From Bacillota bacterium (GTDB lineage Bacteria; Bacillota; Clostridia; Tissierellales; Tissierellaceae): a DNA stretch of 64,000 nucleotides. Location: positions 12,418-76,417 of the forward strand of contig JAUWAD010000002.1 of the NCBI GenBank assembly GCA_030602225.1, written 5' to 3'. The position numbers and the translations under genes were made by a program. The notes below the pieces were generated by a model, which saw only the letters and a list, made by a program, of their open reading frames with translations, searched no databases and had not been told where the DNA came from. Numbering within the stretch: the stretch's first letter is position 1; every line of letters starts with the position of its first letter. Of the stretch, positions 31,342-41,729 are shown piece after piece.

Positions 31342-32589
31342 ATGGCAGTATTAAAACCCTTTAAGGCATATAGACCAGCACCAGAATTAGCAGATAAGGT
31401 AGCAGCACTACCTTATGATGTAATGAATTCAGATGAGGCAAGAGTAATGGTTGAAGGCAACCCCTATTCTTTTCTTCATGTTGACAAGGCTGAAATTGAT
31501 CTTGATCCAAGTATTGATATCCATGATGTTGTAGTATATGAGAAGGCAAGAGACAACCTATATAAAATGATTAAAGATGGTGTTTTTATCCAGGATGATG
31601 AGGATAGCCTTTATATCTATAAGCAAATAATGGATGGAAGATCTCAAGTTGGATTAGTTGGAACAAGTTCAATTGATGATTACATTAATAATATTATTAA
31701 GAAGCACGAGTTCACTAGAGCTGACAAGGAACTTGACAGGATAAATCACGTGGATTATACCAATGCTAACACTGGTCCTATCTTTTTAACCTACAGAAAA
31801 AATGGAACTGTATCCGACTTAATTAATAATTGGATGGATAATAAGGACCCTATCTATGACTTCACATCAGATGATGGTATAACCCATACAATCTGGAAGA
31901 TTGACGATAAGGGAGTAATCGATGAGTTGGTTGCCCTATTTAAAGGAATTGACTATCTTTATATAGCTGATGGGCACCATAGAACCGCTTCAGCTGTTAA
32001 GGTAGGATTGATGAGAAGAGAACTAAACAAGGACTATGATGGTTCCGAGGAGTTTAATTTCTTCCTATCAGTTCTTTTCCCTGATGAAGATTTATACATC
32101 ATGGACTATAACAGGGTTGTAAGAGATTTGAACGAATATTCAACTACAGAGTTTATCGAGTTGTTAAAGGAGAACTTCTATGTTGAGGAATACGAAGGTG
32201 ATGGACAGTACAAGCCTACAGAGAAGCATACATTCGGTATGTATCTAGATGATAAGTGGTATGTATTAAAAGCAAAGGAAGGATCCTTCGATCCAGAATC
32301 CCCAGTGGATAGGCTGGACGTATCAATTCTTCAGAAAAATGTTCTGACACCTCTACTTGGCATAGATGATCCAAGAACAAATGATAGAATAGACTTTGTT
32401 GGTGGAATAAGAGGATTAGCTGAGCTTGAAACAAGAGTAATGGATGGTATGAGAGTGGCATTCTCCATGTTCCCAACTAGTATTGAAGATCTGATGGCCA
32501 TTGCTGATGCAGGTGAGGTAATGCCACCTAAGTCAACTTGGTTTGAGCCTAAGTTAAGAAGTGGAGTGTTTGTTCACACCTTAGATTAA
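31342..32589 (+). CDS. DUF1015 family protein
   Basis: PYDV, KHEFTR, YIADGHHRTASA, MPPKSTWFEPKLRSG. Confidence 0.93.
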   Translation: MAVLKPFKAYRPAPELADKVAALPYDVMNSDEARVMVEGNPYSFLHVDKAEIDLDPSIDIHDVVVYEKARDNLYKMIKDGVFIQDDEDSLYIYKQIMDGRSQVGLVGTSSIDDYINNIIKKHEFTRADKELDRINHVDYTNANTGPIFLTYRKNGTVSDLINNWMDNKDPIYDFTSDDGITHTIWKIDDKGVIDELVALFKGIDYLYIADGHHRTASAVKVGLMRRELNKDYDGSEEFNFFLSVLFPDEDLYIMDYNRVVRDLNEYSTTEFIELLKENFYVEEYEGDGQYKPTEKHTFGMYLDDKWYVLKAKEGSFDPESPVDRLDVSILQKNVLTPLLGIDDPRTNDRIDFVGGIRGLAELETRVMDGMRVAFSMFPTSIEDLMAIADAGEVMPPKSTWFEPKLRSGVFVHTLD

Positions 32590-32597
32590 TAAAACTT

Positions 32598-32625
32598 ACC
32601 CAGGATATTGCTATCCTGGGTTTTT
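32598..32625. terminator. Bidirectional intrinsic terminator
   Basis: ACCCAGGATA-TTGC-TATCCTGGGT-TTTT between convergent genes. Confidence 0.75.
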
Positions 32626-32653
32626 ATTTCAAGACCTCTTGAAAATACTACGT

Positions 32654-33097
32654 TCATGTGTGACATAGGCTATCGTACATCCTGAAGAAAGCATCTATTT
32701 CCTCAACCATCTCGCTACTTTCCTCATTCTCAATTAGTTCATTCATCTGGATTTTGTAGTCAGTAAATACTCCCCTATTTCTAAAAATATATAAGACATT
32801 TAAACCTTCATCTGGATTTTCCATGGTTGCCTTTATAAACTTCAATGGATTTCTACTATATAGCATAATGATTATATCCTCAAATATATCAATGTGTGCA
32901 CCATCAGGATTAAGGTATAACTTTTGAATCCCTGAAATTTCTCTTATGTCATCTGCCTCTAACAGATATGGTTTGACTACTGAAATCATATCTTCCCTTG
33001 TAATCTCATTAAGATTACTCCAGAATATTTCTTCTATTACTTCTTCCATGCTGAGATTTTTTTTGTTGTTACTTCTTATACTATGAACAATATCCAA
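32654..33097 (-). CDS. Hypothetical helical protein
   Basis: Probable TTG start 33097 after GGGAGGG; DGAHIDIF...LYSRNPLKFIKA segment. Confidence 0.55.
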   Translation of the reverse strand: MDIVHSIRSNNKKNLSMEEVIEEIFWSNLNEITREDMISVVKPYLLEADDIREISGIQKLYLNPDGAHIDIFEDIIIMLYSRNPLKFIKATMENPDEGLNVLYIFRNRGVFTDYKIQMNELIENEESSEMVEEIDAFFRMYDSLCHT

Positions 33098-33135
33098 AAT
33101 AAACCCTCCCTTTGTCATTCTATATACCCTTTGTG

Positions 33136-33164
33136 TTGACAATGTTAGCTTAAAAATGTATAAA
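33136..33164 (+). promoter_or_regulatory. Sigma-A promoter for the coiled-coil/ftsEX operon
   Basis: TTGACA-17 nt-TATAAA. Confidence 0.6.
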
Positions 33165-33185
33165 GATTATAAGGGTGGTGATGTC

Positions 33186-34289
33186 TTGAAGAAAATAAGT
33201 ATTTTAGTAGCTTTTGTGGTTATATTAGTTTTTTTTACAAATGTTTATTCCAGTCAATTGGATGAAGCCTCAATTGAAGAAATAGATAGATCTATAGTGG
33301 ATCTTAATGTAGAAGAGTTAAAGATTCTAGATGAGTTATACATTATTCAACAGGATATAAATGATTTGGAAAACCAAGAAAGAAGAATAGTCTTAGAGAT
33401 TGAATCTGTCCTTTTATTAATTGAAGATATTGAAGAAAATATTGAAGAAAAAACTTACTCATATAATAATAATTTAGAAATCATGGAAAGTGTTCTAAAA
33501 TCCTACCAGAAGAATGGTGCCTACAATTATCTTCAACTAATTTTAAGTTCCAACGATCTTCCTACCCTTCTTAGAAGGATAAACAGTATAAGAGATATCT
33601 CTAGAAATACATCAAAACTTCTTGATACCCTCAACTTAGAGAAAGAGGAATTGATGATCCAGAAATCTAACTTGGATGAGAATTTAGTGATTTTAGATAA
33701 TACCAGAAAGGAATTAGAAAAAACTATATCAAACAAAATGGAAAGTAAGGCTACCTTAGAGATTAGACTTAATGAACTTATGGATGAGAAGGATAAGTAC
33801 CTTGGATACCTAGAAGAACTGAATAATCGTTGGAAAGTCTCTAAACCAGTATTTGAGGATGTAATTACTACGTTGGTAGCTATAGTAGAAACTGGAGATT
33901 TGCCAGAGGAGTTAATAGAAACAAGAATCACCTTAACTGGCGTTTTTGGTAGAATCAGTGATAATTCCCTAAATATTGCTCTAAAAGAAAAGAACCTGTC
34001 CTCTCCCTTACAGGTTAAATTCAAAAAAGATGAGATGACTCTTATGCTTGATGAGCTTAAATTAATAATTAATGGGGACCTGGAGCAAATTGATGATCAA
34101 TCCTTACGTTTTAATATGACTTCTGGTCAATACATGGGTCTTAAGCTTGAGAAAAGTTCTTTGGAGGAGCTTTTTGAGTTTGGATTTTTAGAACTTAAAT
34201 TCTCATCCATCCTGGGTAGAAACAAGATCAGATCAGTTAGAATCAATGATGGATATTTAGAACTTAATATTATTCCAGTACTTTTCTAG
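33186..34289 (+). CDS. Secreted PcsB/CwlO-type coiled-coil protein with non-hydrolase C-terminal domain
   Basis: TTG start after AAGGGTGG; signal peptide; YQKNG...YLQLILSSNDL..LLRRI motif of CwlO/PcsB coiled coils; no NlpC/P60, CHAP or M23 motif at the C-terminus. Confidence 0.75.
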   Translation: MKKISILVAFVVILVFFTNVYSSQLDEASIEEIDRSIVDLNVEELKILDELYIIQQDINDLENQERRIVLEIESVLLLIEDIEENIEEKTYSYNNNLEIMESVLKSYQKNGAYNYLQLILSSNDLPTLLRRINSIRDISRNTSKLLDTLNLEKEELMIQKSNLDENLVILDNTRKELEKTISNKMESKATLEIRLNELMDEKDKYLGYLEELNNRWKVSKPVFEDVITTLVAIVETGDLPEELIETRITLTGVFGRISDNSLNIALKEKNLSSPLQVKFKKDEMTLMLDELKLIINGDLEQIDDQSLRFNMTSGQYMGLKLEKSSLEELFEFGFLELKFSSILGRNKIRSVRINDGYLELNIIPVLF

Positions 34290-34298
34290 GAGGGCAAA

Positions 34299-34973
34299 AT
34301 GATAAAATCAAGAGAGCTTAGTCTGCAGTATAAAGATGGAACTTATGGTTTGAAAAATGTAAGTATTGAAATACCAAAAGGAGAACTTGTTTTCATCACT
34401 GGTCCCAGTGGTTCTGGGAAAACCAGTTTTGTTAAATTAATTTTAGGAATGGAAAAGCTCACCCACGGAGATTTATTCGTCCTGGATTATAATATGAAAT
34501 CAATTACTGATAAAGAGTTGGTTAAACTTAGACAAAGTATAGGTCCTATTTTCCAGGACTTCAAATTACTGGATGGAAGATCTGTCTGTGATAATGTACT
34601 AGTTGGTATGAGATTCTTAAATATTGATAGTGGGACTATGTATGAGAAAGCATTAATAGCCCTGGAAAAGGTAGGATTATCTCATAAAGTCCATTCAAGG
34701 GTTGAAAATCTATCCTATGGTGAAAAACAAAGAGTTGCTATTGCTAGAGCAATTGCAAGAAATCCCAAATTGATAATAGCTGATGAACCCACAGGTAATC
34801 TTGACAAGAAGAATTCCATAATCATATTTGATCTTCTTAAATCCTTCAAAGCTGAGGATACTACTGTAATAGTAACCACCCATGCAACCCACTTAATTAA
34901 GGATATTAAAGACTCATTACATATCCAGGTTGAGGATGGAAAATTGAAGTATCAGGAGGTCATCAATGATTAA
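34299..34973 (+). CDS. ftsE: FtsE-family ATP-binding protein
   Basis: GPSGSGKTS, IGPIFQDFKLL, LSYGEKQRVAIARA, ADEPTGNLD, TTHA. Confidence 0.85.
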   Translation: MIKSRELSLQYKDGTYGLKNVSIEIPKGELVFITGPSGSGKTSFVKLILGMEKLTHGDLFVLDYNMKSITDKELVKLRQSIGPIFQDFKLLDGRSVCDNVLVGMRFLNIDSGTMYEKALIALEKVGLSHKVHSRVENLSYGEKQRVAIARAIARNPKLIIADEPTGNLDKKNSIIIFDLLKSFKAEDTTVIVTTHATHLIKDIKDSLHIQVEDGKLKYQEVIND

Positions 34974-35844
34974 GAGAATTAGTAATACAAAGTATTATTT
35001 AAGAGAAGTATCCACCCTTTTAAAAAGAGATTTATCAACCAATATTCTATCCATATTAAGTCTGGGATTCATCTTTTTTATTATTTCTCTTGTTATCTCC
35101 TTGGGTATTTCCAGTCAGTTCATGATAGATGAAATAAGTTTCCAGGCACAGATAAGTATTTATTATAATGAAAATTTCGACCCTAATCTTATCAAAGATG
35201 AACTTAAAATAATCCCTGGAGTGAATGTTATTAATTACATAAACTCAGAAGAAGCAAATGCTAGAATGCAGGAAGTTTTGGGAAGTGATAAAAGAATACT
35301 AGAACTGTTTGATCACAATCCTTTCAGTCCATACCTTGAGGTGTTTATCGAACTGGATCAATTGGATGAAATTGTTCAGAAAAGCAAAGATATACATGGA
35401 GTTGAATTGGTTAGAGATAACCAGGAAGTTCTAGACAAATTAAAGAATCTGCTTAATATTCTAACTGTTCTAGGAGTATTTATATTTATAGCCATTAGTG
35501 TGGCAACTTTGGTAATAACTGCTCACATAATTCGCCAAGGTGTATATATCAATAAAGAAGCTATAGCTACTTTGAAACTACTAGGAGCTCCTTCCTATTT
35601 TATCTATATTCCATTTGTTATTAATGGGATATTCATGACTTTATTAGCGGGAATAGGCTCAGTTGTCTTGGTATATTTTTCAAACAGCTATATATATTCT
35701 AAAATATCGGGGGTTTTGCCATTTATCATATTGCCAAAATTTAGTGCACTTATATTAACTCTTGTATTATTCAATGGTATAATTAGCATTATACTTGGAT
35801 TCTTGGGTAGTATCCTAGGAATAAAGACAACGAAACTAAAATAA
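34966..35844 (+). CDS. ftsX: FtsX-family permease
   Basis: 4 TM with large extracellular loop 1 (YINSEEA.....E.LG....L..FDHNPF); EAIATLKLLGA..YFIYIPF..NG. Confidence 0.85.
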   Translation: MIKRISNTKYYLREVSTLLKRDLSTNILSILSLGFIFFIISLVISLGISSQFMIDEISFQAQISIYYNENFDPNLIKDELKIIPGVNVINYINSEEANARMQEVLGSDKRILELFDHNPFSPYLEVFIELDQLDEIVQKSKDIHGVELVRDNQEVLDKLKNLLNILTVLGVFIFIAISVATLVITAHIIRQGVYINKEAIATLKLLGAPSYFIYIPFVINGIFMTLLAGIGSVVLVYFSNSYIYSKISGVLPFIILPKFSALILTLVLFNGIISIILGFLGSILGIKTTKLK

Positions 35845-35865
35845 GGAGCTTTCAAAGCTCCTTTT
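35843..35865. terminator. Bidirectional terminator between ftsX and DMT gene
   Basis: AAGGAGCTT-TCA-AAGCTCCTT-TT. Confidence 0.65.
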
Positions 35866-36763
35866 AAAATAGCATCAAATATGCCACTCCCACCACTGAG
35901 ACCAATGCCCCAATTATTTCTTTTGGTTTTACCTGCTCCTTGAAGATTAGAATCGAAAACGGAATAATGGTAACAGGTGTTATGGATGTCAATGTGGAGG
36001 CAATACCTGCACTGGTATATCTTAGTGCTATAAGTGAAAGGCTCACTCCTATAAATGGTCCAAATATGGATCCCATTAGAGTATGAAAAATCGCCACCTT
36101 ATCTTTTATAGCCAACCTCAATTCTCCCCAACTATTTCTAAGTGTAACGAAGATTACAAAGCATGCAAATCCTGCTATTATTCTTATTTGAGTAGCTGCA
36201 AATGTATTATAATCACCAAGACCGATCTTGCTAAATATCAGCCCCATGGACTGGCCAAAGGCTCCTATAAAGGCATATGTAAGACCCCTTATCGAGTACT
36301 TTATCTTGAACTTCTTATCATTTGTGTCCTTGCTAAGTATAACGATAACTATTCCAAATATGGTTATACTCATCCCAATTATGGCAGAAGGTGAAAGGAT
36401 TTCACCTAATAATAAAAATCCAATCAATGCTGTCATAGGGGGACTTGTAGCCATTAATAACATGGATACTCTAACTCCCACCTCAATATATGCTTTTAAC
36501 ATAAAAAAATCACCTAAAAAGAATCCAATTACACCAGATATCATAAGAAATATCCAATTATGTAATGAAGCATCTGTGGGAAACATAACACCTCTGGTTA
36601 AATATGCTGCTATACTCAAAAATGTAAACCCAAATATCAACTTTATAAAGTTAACGGATAAACTTCCAATTTTTTTACTGGCACTTCCAAAGAATATACC
36701 AACAAATGTCCAGCTAAAGGCAGTGGCCAGTGCTGCTAATTCTCCAATATTATTATGAATCAT
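35864..36763 (-). CDS. DMT/EamA family transporter
   Basis: GELAALATAFSW, SGVIGFFLGD, duplicated EamA repeats. Confidence 0.9.
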   Translation of the reverse strand: MIHNNIGELAALATAFSWTFVGIFFGSASKKIGSLSVNFIKLIFGFTFLSIAAYLTRGVMFPTDASLHNWIFLMISGVIGFFLGDFFMLKAYIEVGVRVSMLLMATSPPMTALIGFLLLGEILSPSAIIGMSITIFGIVIVILSKDTNDKKFKIKYSIRGLTYAFIGAFGQSMGLIFSKIGLGDYNTFAATQIRIIAGFACFVIFVTLRNSWGELRLAIKDKVAIFHTLMGSIFGPFIGVSLSLIALRYTSAGIASTLTSITPVTIIPFSILIFKEQVKPKEIIGALVSVVGVAYLMLF

Positions 36764-36860
36764 TCTTATATCCTCTTTCTAATTTCTCATATGAAAATAC
36801 TATACACCTTATTTCGGCCAAAGTAAATATGAGCCCACAATTATTTGTAGACTCAAATTA

Positions 36861-37856
36861 TTATTTAAACATTTCGTATGTTCTTACAACCAATACAGCA
36901 GCTTCTTCCCGAGTGGTATTATTAAGAGGATTTAAGTTTCCTTTTTCATCCCCTTTTAGTATTCCTTTATAATTTAAAAACATCACGCTATCATATGCAT
37001 AGGCTTGAATTTCATCAGAATGATCTGTTGGTTTATAAGAGAAACTCATATTTTTATATATGGTTTTTAAGGCTCTTGTTATAATCACTGCAATATCCTG
37101 TCTAAATATTGGATTATTAGGTTTAAATGTACCATCTAAATAACCAGTTATAAACCCCATGGATGCAGCTTTCAATACATATGGATCATCAGAATCAATA
37201 AAAACCTTGGAGTTCTGTAATGGAATTTCTGTTCCTGTTTTAGATTCATAGAATCTAACAATTATTTCACTAAATTCTGCTCTAGTGACTATGTCCCTCA
37301 TATTGCCTTTCATGCTATCAGTCAGCAGATTGTATTCGATACTTTTATCCAATTCTCCAATTGCCCACTGACTCGCATAACTATAAGGGTATACAAGCCC
37401 TATGTTTACTGGTGTTGAATATGAACCTCTCAAGAAGTAACTACCAAGAATATCACTCATCCTCAGTCCATTTCTCACTCTGAAGCTATAGGTATACTTC
37501 ATGATATCAACGTCTTTTTCAGTATATCCTAACTCCACTGGATTTATGTTGATTTCAAAAAATCCATCCTCGCCGACTTCCAGTAAAGAGTATGAGTAAG
37601 ACAAGTTTCTGGATATTACCCTTTCTCCTTCTCTAATATATATATCCAATTGATAGAAAAAATCTTTAGCTATTTCAGGATCCCCAAGAAGTATGTTGGT
37701 GGATGCCTCATTTCTCCATCTGATAAAAAATGTATTGTTATCTTCCAGCTGACCAGCTGAAACACTTCTGGGTATTCCCACCTCTATGTTCTGTGCAAAT
37801 GAAATGTTTGTTATAAGCATGCTTATAATAAAAACAAATATTAAAATCCTCTTCAT
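36861..37856 (-). CDS. Secreted protein with C-terminal SLH domains
   Basis: Signal peptide; VTRAEFS, GYLDGTFKPNNPIFRQDIA, GDEKGNLNPLNNTTREEAA. Confidence 0.85.
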   Translation of the reverse strand: MKRILIFVFIISMLITNISFAQNIEVGIPRSVSAGQLEDNNTFFIRWRNEASTNILLGDPEIAKDFFYQLDIYIREGERVISRNLSYSYSLLEVGEDGFFEININPVELGYTEKDVDIMKYTYSFRVRNGLRMSDILGSYFLRGSYSTPVNIGLVYPYSYASQWAIGELDKSIEYNLLTDSMKGNMRDIVTRAEFSEIIVRFYESKTGTEIPLQNSKVFIDSDDPYVLKAASMGFITGYLDGTFKPNNPIFRQDIAVIITRALKTIYKNMSFSYKPTDHSDEIQAYAYDSVMFLNYKGILKGDEKGNLNPLNNTTREEAAVLVVRTYEMFK

Positions 37857-37865
37857 ACTTTCCCC

Positions 37866-38252
37866 CTAGCCATTCTTCCATTTTTTATACAGATCTAGTT
37901 CTGTACTAATTCTCTTCAATACATATCCTAAAACCGCTGCATCATCCACAAATCCTCCAATAAATATATCTGGAATAATATCCACTGGATTAACCAGGTA
38001 AATAAGTCCTGCAATTATTGTTACAATAGTTGATACAGAGACATTTGTATACTTTTTCTTGGAAAAATCCATCACAAGACTAGTTAATGTCTTGATTTCA
38101 TCTACAATGTCTGATAGCTGATTATTGTTCTTGATCTTAATGCCTGTATTAACTATTAGTTCATTTAATCTATTATTATCATCTAAATAAACTTTTGCCT
38201 TTTTATTAAGTCCTTTTATTATTTTTTTAGGTTCTACTTTCATAGCATTCAC
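37866..38252 (-). CDS. YkvA/DUF1232 family protein
   Basis: LIYLVNPVDIIPDIFIGGFVDDA. Confidence 0.9.
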   Translation of the reverse strand: MNAMKVEPKKIIKGLNKKAKVYLDDNNRLNELIVNTGIKIKNNNQLSDIVDEIKTLTSLVMDFSKKKYTNVSVSTIVTIIAGLIYLVNPVDIIPDIFIGGFVDDAAVLGYVLKRISTELDLYKKWKNG

Positions 38253-38260
38253 TCTTTCTA

Positions 38261-38506
38261 TTATCGATTATATATTTTATCCATAATCTTATTATTTATG
38301 TAATCATAACCCTCATATTTATGTGGAATCATACAATTTGTACAATCCTTTATCCCGTTATTATCCATATAATTCCCTCCGCATTCTTCAAAAAAATACA
38401 AAGGACAATAACAGAACATACAGTTGAATTCCTGGGTATTCTTCGTATTATGGCATGGGAAATAATCACAATCTAAATTTCTATAATATCTAAATGAATT
38501 GTCCAT
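38261..38506 (-). CDS. Cysteine-rich small domain (zf-like) protein
   Basis: CDYFPCH...FNCMFCYCPLY...CGG...KDCTNC.IPH. Confidence 0.88.
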   Translation of the reverse strand: MDNSFRYYRNLDCDYFPCHNTKNTQEFNCMFCYCPLYFFEECGGNYMDNNGIKDCTNCMIPHKYEGYDYINNKIMDKIYNR

Positions 38507-38556
38507 TAAATCACTCCTTATCTGTAGATTATATCATAGGCTGATGCATTTTACTC

Positions 38557-38589
38557 AAAAAAAATAGACCAAGCCTAAGCTTGGTCTAT
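38557..38589 (-). terminator. sodA terminator
   Basis: ATAGACCAAGC-loop-GCTTGGTCTAT plus T-run on the minus strand. Confidence 0.75.
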
Positions 38590-38600
38590 ACTATAAACTG

Positions 38601-39197
38601 TTATTCACTTTTCCCTACTTTAGTCCAATCTACTACATTAAACCATGCATCCACATAATCTGGTCTTAAATTTTGGTATTTTAGATAATAAGCATGTTCC
38701 CATACATCTATTCCTAGAATCGGATTTAATCCGTCTGAAATTGGATTATCCTGATTTGGTGTTGATACAACCTTTAGTTTATCGCCATCCAAAACAAGCC
38801 ATGCCCATCCACTACCAAATCTTGATAATGCAGCTTTCTTAAATTCAGCCTTAAACTCCTCAAAGCTACCAAAATCTCTGTTGATCATCTCCATTAACTG
38901 GCCTGTTGGTTCTCCTCCACCATTTGGTGACATGATTTCCCAAAACATGGTGTGATTTAAATGACCTCCACCATTGTTTCTTACAGCCATTCTTATACCT
39001 TCAGGAATCCCTTCAAGATTTGTTAGAAGTTCTTCAATTGTTAATTGTTTCAAATCTTCATGACCCTCAAGGGCAGCGTTTAGGTTGTTGATATATGCCT
39101 GATGGTGCTTGGTATGGTGTATCTCCATAGTTCTAGCATCGATATAAGGCTCAAGTTGGTCATATCCGTAGTTTAATTCTGGTAATTTAAAAGTCAT
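38601..39197 (-). CDS. sodA: Fe/Mn superoxide dismutase (Mn-type residues)
   Basis: [36 protein letters not shown]. Confidence 0.95.
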   Translation of the reverse strand: MTFKLPELNYGYDQLEPYIDARTMEIHHTKHHQAYINNLNAALEGHEDLKQLTIEELLTNLEGIPEGIRMAVRNNGGGHLNHTMFWEIMSPNGGGEPTGQLMEMINRDFGSFEEFKAEFKKAALSRFGSGWAWLVLDGDKLKVVSTPNQDNPISDGLNPILGIDVWEHAYYLKYQNLRPDYVDAWFNVVDWTKVGKSE

Positions 39198-39261
39198 AAA
39201 ATCTCTCCTTTATCTATATTAATAATTTGTTATCCAATTTATTATTACCCAAGATCGGTAT

Positions 39262-39276
39262 TGATAAACATTATCA
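39262..39276. promoter_or_regulatory. Fur/PerR-like 7-1-7 box upstream of sodA
   Basis: TGATAAA-C-ATTATCA, one mismatch to TGATAATnATTATCA. Confidence 0.5.
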
Positions 39277-39313
39277 TTTAATATTGTTAAGAAACCACTT
39301 CTTTTGGAAGTGG

Positions 39314-40261
39314 CTAATTCTCAACTATGAAATTAACTATAACATCCATTAACCCTGGATGCAGTTTGAGATTTGGCATTTGATAAGTTTTGAGGTTTTC
39401 TTCAAAATCCTCAGAAGCATCCTTAAGAACATGATTCATGCCCTGAATAATAATGGGTTCTTGACCAATACTCTCACCTAACCTATCTGCATCCTCAATG
39501 GTGATTTGAAGGTCATTGTCTCCTTGAATCACAACTACTGGAGCGTCTATTTTAGAGTATATTTCTACCGGATCATACTGAAACCAGGAAATTAGATATG
39601 GTTGAACACTTTCTCTAAACAATGCGCCATACATGGGGTCTATATTACTGACTAATTCACCATTTAATAGTCTATCCATTATGGGAAATGCCACATCGGT
39701 GATTTCCTTAGGCTGGGATGAAAGTTGCCTTTTTAGTGTATCGTATGCTGAATAACCTGCACCTGCAAGAGATATAAAGCCATCAATATCCCTTTGAGTT
39801 GCTGATACAGATGCAATTAATGCCCCTTCACTATGTCCTAGTAGATAAATTTCACTAAATCTAGTATCTGCATGAACCTTATCTATCCACAAGTTCAAAT
39901 CATTAATATAGTCTTCAAATACCAGATCCTCCTCTCTTTGTACCAATGCCATGGATTCAGCAATTCCCCTTTTGTCATACCTTAAAGATGCAATTCCATT
40001 TTCAGCAAGATTTTGTGCTACCATTTTTAGGGAATTGTTTGAGCCTCCAATATGACTATTTCCATCCCTATCAGTTGGTCCTGAACCTTGATGAATAATT
40101 ACTATCTTGAATGTATTTCCATCCTCGGGCAGTGTCAAAGTTCCATAAATTGTTCCACCCTCCACATCAAGGTTGTAATCCTCTTCCCTAATTCCATTAC
40201 TGCTACACCCAGTGGTGACTAAAGCCAATGCTAGTATCAAGTAATAAATTCTTTTTTTCAT
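39314..40261 (-). CDS. Alpha/beta hydrolase lipoprotein
   Basis: Lipobox LVTTGC; GSGPTDRDGN; GHSEG nucleophile elbow; QGDNDLQI; MNHVLK. Confidence 0.88.
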   Translation of the reverse strand: MKKRIYYLILALALVTTGCSSNGIREEDYNLDVEGGTIYGTLTLPEDGNTFKIVIIHQGSGPTDRDGNSHIGGSNNSLKMVAQNLAENGIASLRYDKRGIAESMALVQREEDLVFEDYINDLNLWIDKVHADTRFSEIYLLGHSEGALIASVSATQRDIDGFISLAGAGYSAYDTLKRQLSSQPKEITDVAFPIMDRLLNGELVSNIDPMYGALFRESVQPYLISWFQYDPVEIYSKIDAPVVVIQGDNDLQITIEDADRLGESIGQEPIIIQGMNHVLKDASEDFEENLKTYQMPNLKLHPGLMDVIVNFIVEN

Positions 40262-40286
40262 CCTATTGTCTCCTCATATTTATAAG

Positions 40287-40319
40287 TAGACCCTAACCAA
40301 AATATACGGTTAGGGTCTA
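40287..40319 (-). terminator. tnaA terminator
   Basis: TAGACCCTAACC-loop-GGTTAGGGTCTA. Confidence 0.7.
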
Positions 40320-40323
40320 TTCT

Positions 40324-41703
40324 TTATTTTATAGGTTCAAGCTTAGATGTGAAGTGTCTTAGTACTTTAGGTTCCCATGTAATTCTATATCCTTTAAGGG
40401 AATCTCTTCTCTCCTTTATTGCCTTGAGAGCTTCGACTATAACATCAAGATGTGATTGAGTATATACTCTTCTTGGCACTGCCAGTCTAGTGAACTCAAA
40501 CTCAGACTCAATCTGTTCTCCTGTATCAGGATCATTACCCATCATATATGATCCTATATCACAACTTCTTATCCCTGCTTCAATGTAAAGTTCTATTGCT
40601 AATGCTTGTGCAGGAAACTCATAATATGGTATATGGGGTAATAAATGCTTTGCATCCAAGAACACAGCATGTCCTCCCACAGGAGACTGATATGCAATTC
40701 CTGCTTCATCAAGCTTTCCTGCTAAGTATTCCATCTGACCAATTCTATACTGAAGATAATCAAAATCCGTACCTTCTTGAAGACCAATTGCCATGGCTTC
40801 AATATCTCTACCAGATAATCCTCCATAGGATACAAATCCTTCATATGGTATTGTTCTCGCCTTTACAGTTTCATATAAATCTTTGTCATTCTTAACTCCA
40901 ATAAGTCCACCCATATTGATAATGGCATCTTTCTTAGCACTCATGGTGAATACATCAGCATAGCTGAACATTTCTTTTGCTATATCTTTGATTGACTTAT
41001 CTGCAAACCCTTCTTCTCTCATTTTAATGAAATATGCATTCTCTGCATATCTTGCTGCATCAATGCAAACAGGAATATCATACTTCTTAGCTATTTCGCT
41101 GGTCTGTTTTATGTTCTCCATGGATACAGGCTGTCCACCTGCACTGTTGTTGGTAACTGTAATTATTATCATTCCAACATTTTCTGCTCCATACTCCTGA
41201 ATAAGCTTTTCTAATCTTTCATTGTCCATATTACCTTTAAATGGATGGTAATTAACAGTATCCAATGCTTCCTTAATAACACAATCGATAGCTCTAGCAC
41301 CAGCTAATTCAACATGAGCTCTTGTAGTATCAAAATGCATATTGGAGATGGCAACCTTCCCTTCCTTAAGGAAAATAGGCATAACTACTTTTTCAGCTGC
41401 CCTTCCTTGATGCACTGGTTGAAAATACTCATACCCAAATATGTCCTTTGCTGATATCATTAAATTTTTATAACTTCTTGACCCAGAGTATGCCTCATCA
41501 CCCACCATGATTCCTGCCCATTGGTTTGCACTCATCGCTCCAGTTCCACTGTCAGTTAACAAGTCGATGTATACATCATCTGAATCAAGAGAGAAAACAT
41601 TATAATTTGCATTCTTAATCTTTTCAATTCTTTCTTCCTTTGTAAGAATTTTAATTGGTTCCACCATTTTTATCTTAAATGGTTCAGCATAATACTTTGT
41701 CAT
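40324..41703 (-). CDS. tnaA: Tryptophanase (beta-eliminating lyase family)
   Basis: [36 protein letters not shown] (TnaA-type; TPL has SGKKD), DIGSYMMG (TnaA-type; TPL has ERG). Confidence 0.8.
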   Translation of the reverse strand: MTKYYAEPFKIKMVEPIKILTKEERIEKIKNANYNVFSLDSDDVYIDLLTDSGTGAMSANQWAGIMVGDEAYSGSRSYKNLMISAKDIFGYEYFQPVHQGRAAEKVVMPIFLKEGKVAISNMHFDTTRAHVELAGARAIDCVIKEALDTVNYHPFKGNMDNERLEKLIQEYGAENVGMIIITVTNNSAGGQPVSMENIKQTSEIAKKYDIPVCIDAARYAENAYFIKMREEGFADKSIKDIAKEMFSYADVFTMSAKKDAIINMGGLIGVKNDKDLYETVKARTIPYEGFVSYGGLSGRDIEAMAIGLQEGTDFDYLQYRIGQMEYLAGKLDEAGIAYQSPVGGHAVFLDAKHLLPHIPYYEFPAQALAIELYIEAGIRSCDIGSYMMGNDPDTGEQIESEFEFTRLAVPRRVYTQSHLDVIVEALKAIKERRDSLKGYRITWEPKVLRHFTSKLEPIK

Positions 41704-41729
41704 CCTTACACCTCCATAGATTTATATGA

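Noticed and set aside
40324-41703. Tyrosine phenol-lyase assignment
   Set aside because: SAKKD and IGS motifs match tryptophanase rather than TPL (SGKKD, ERG)
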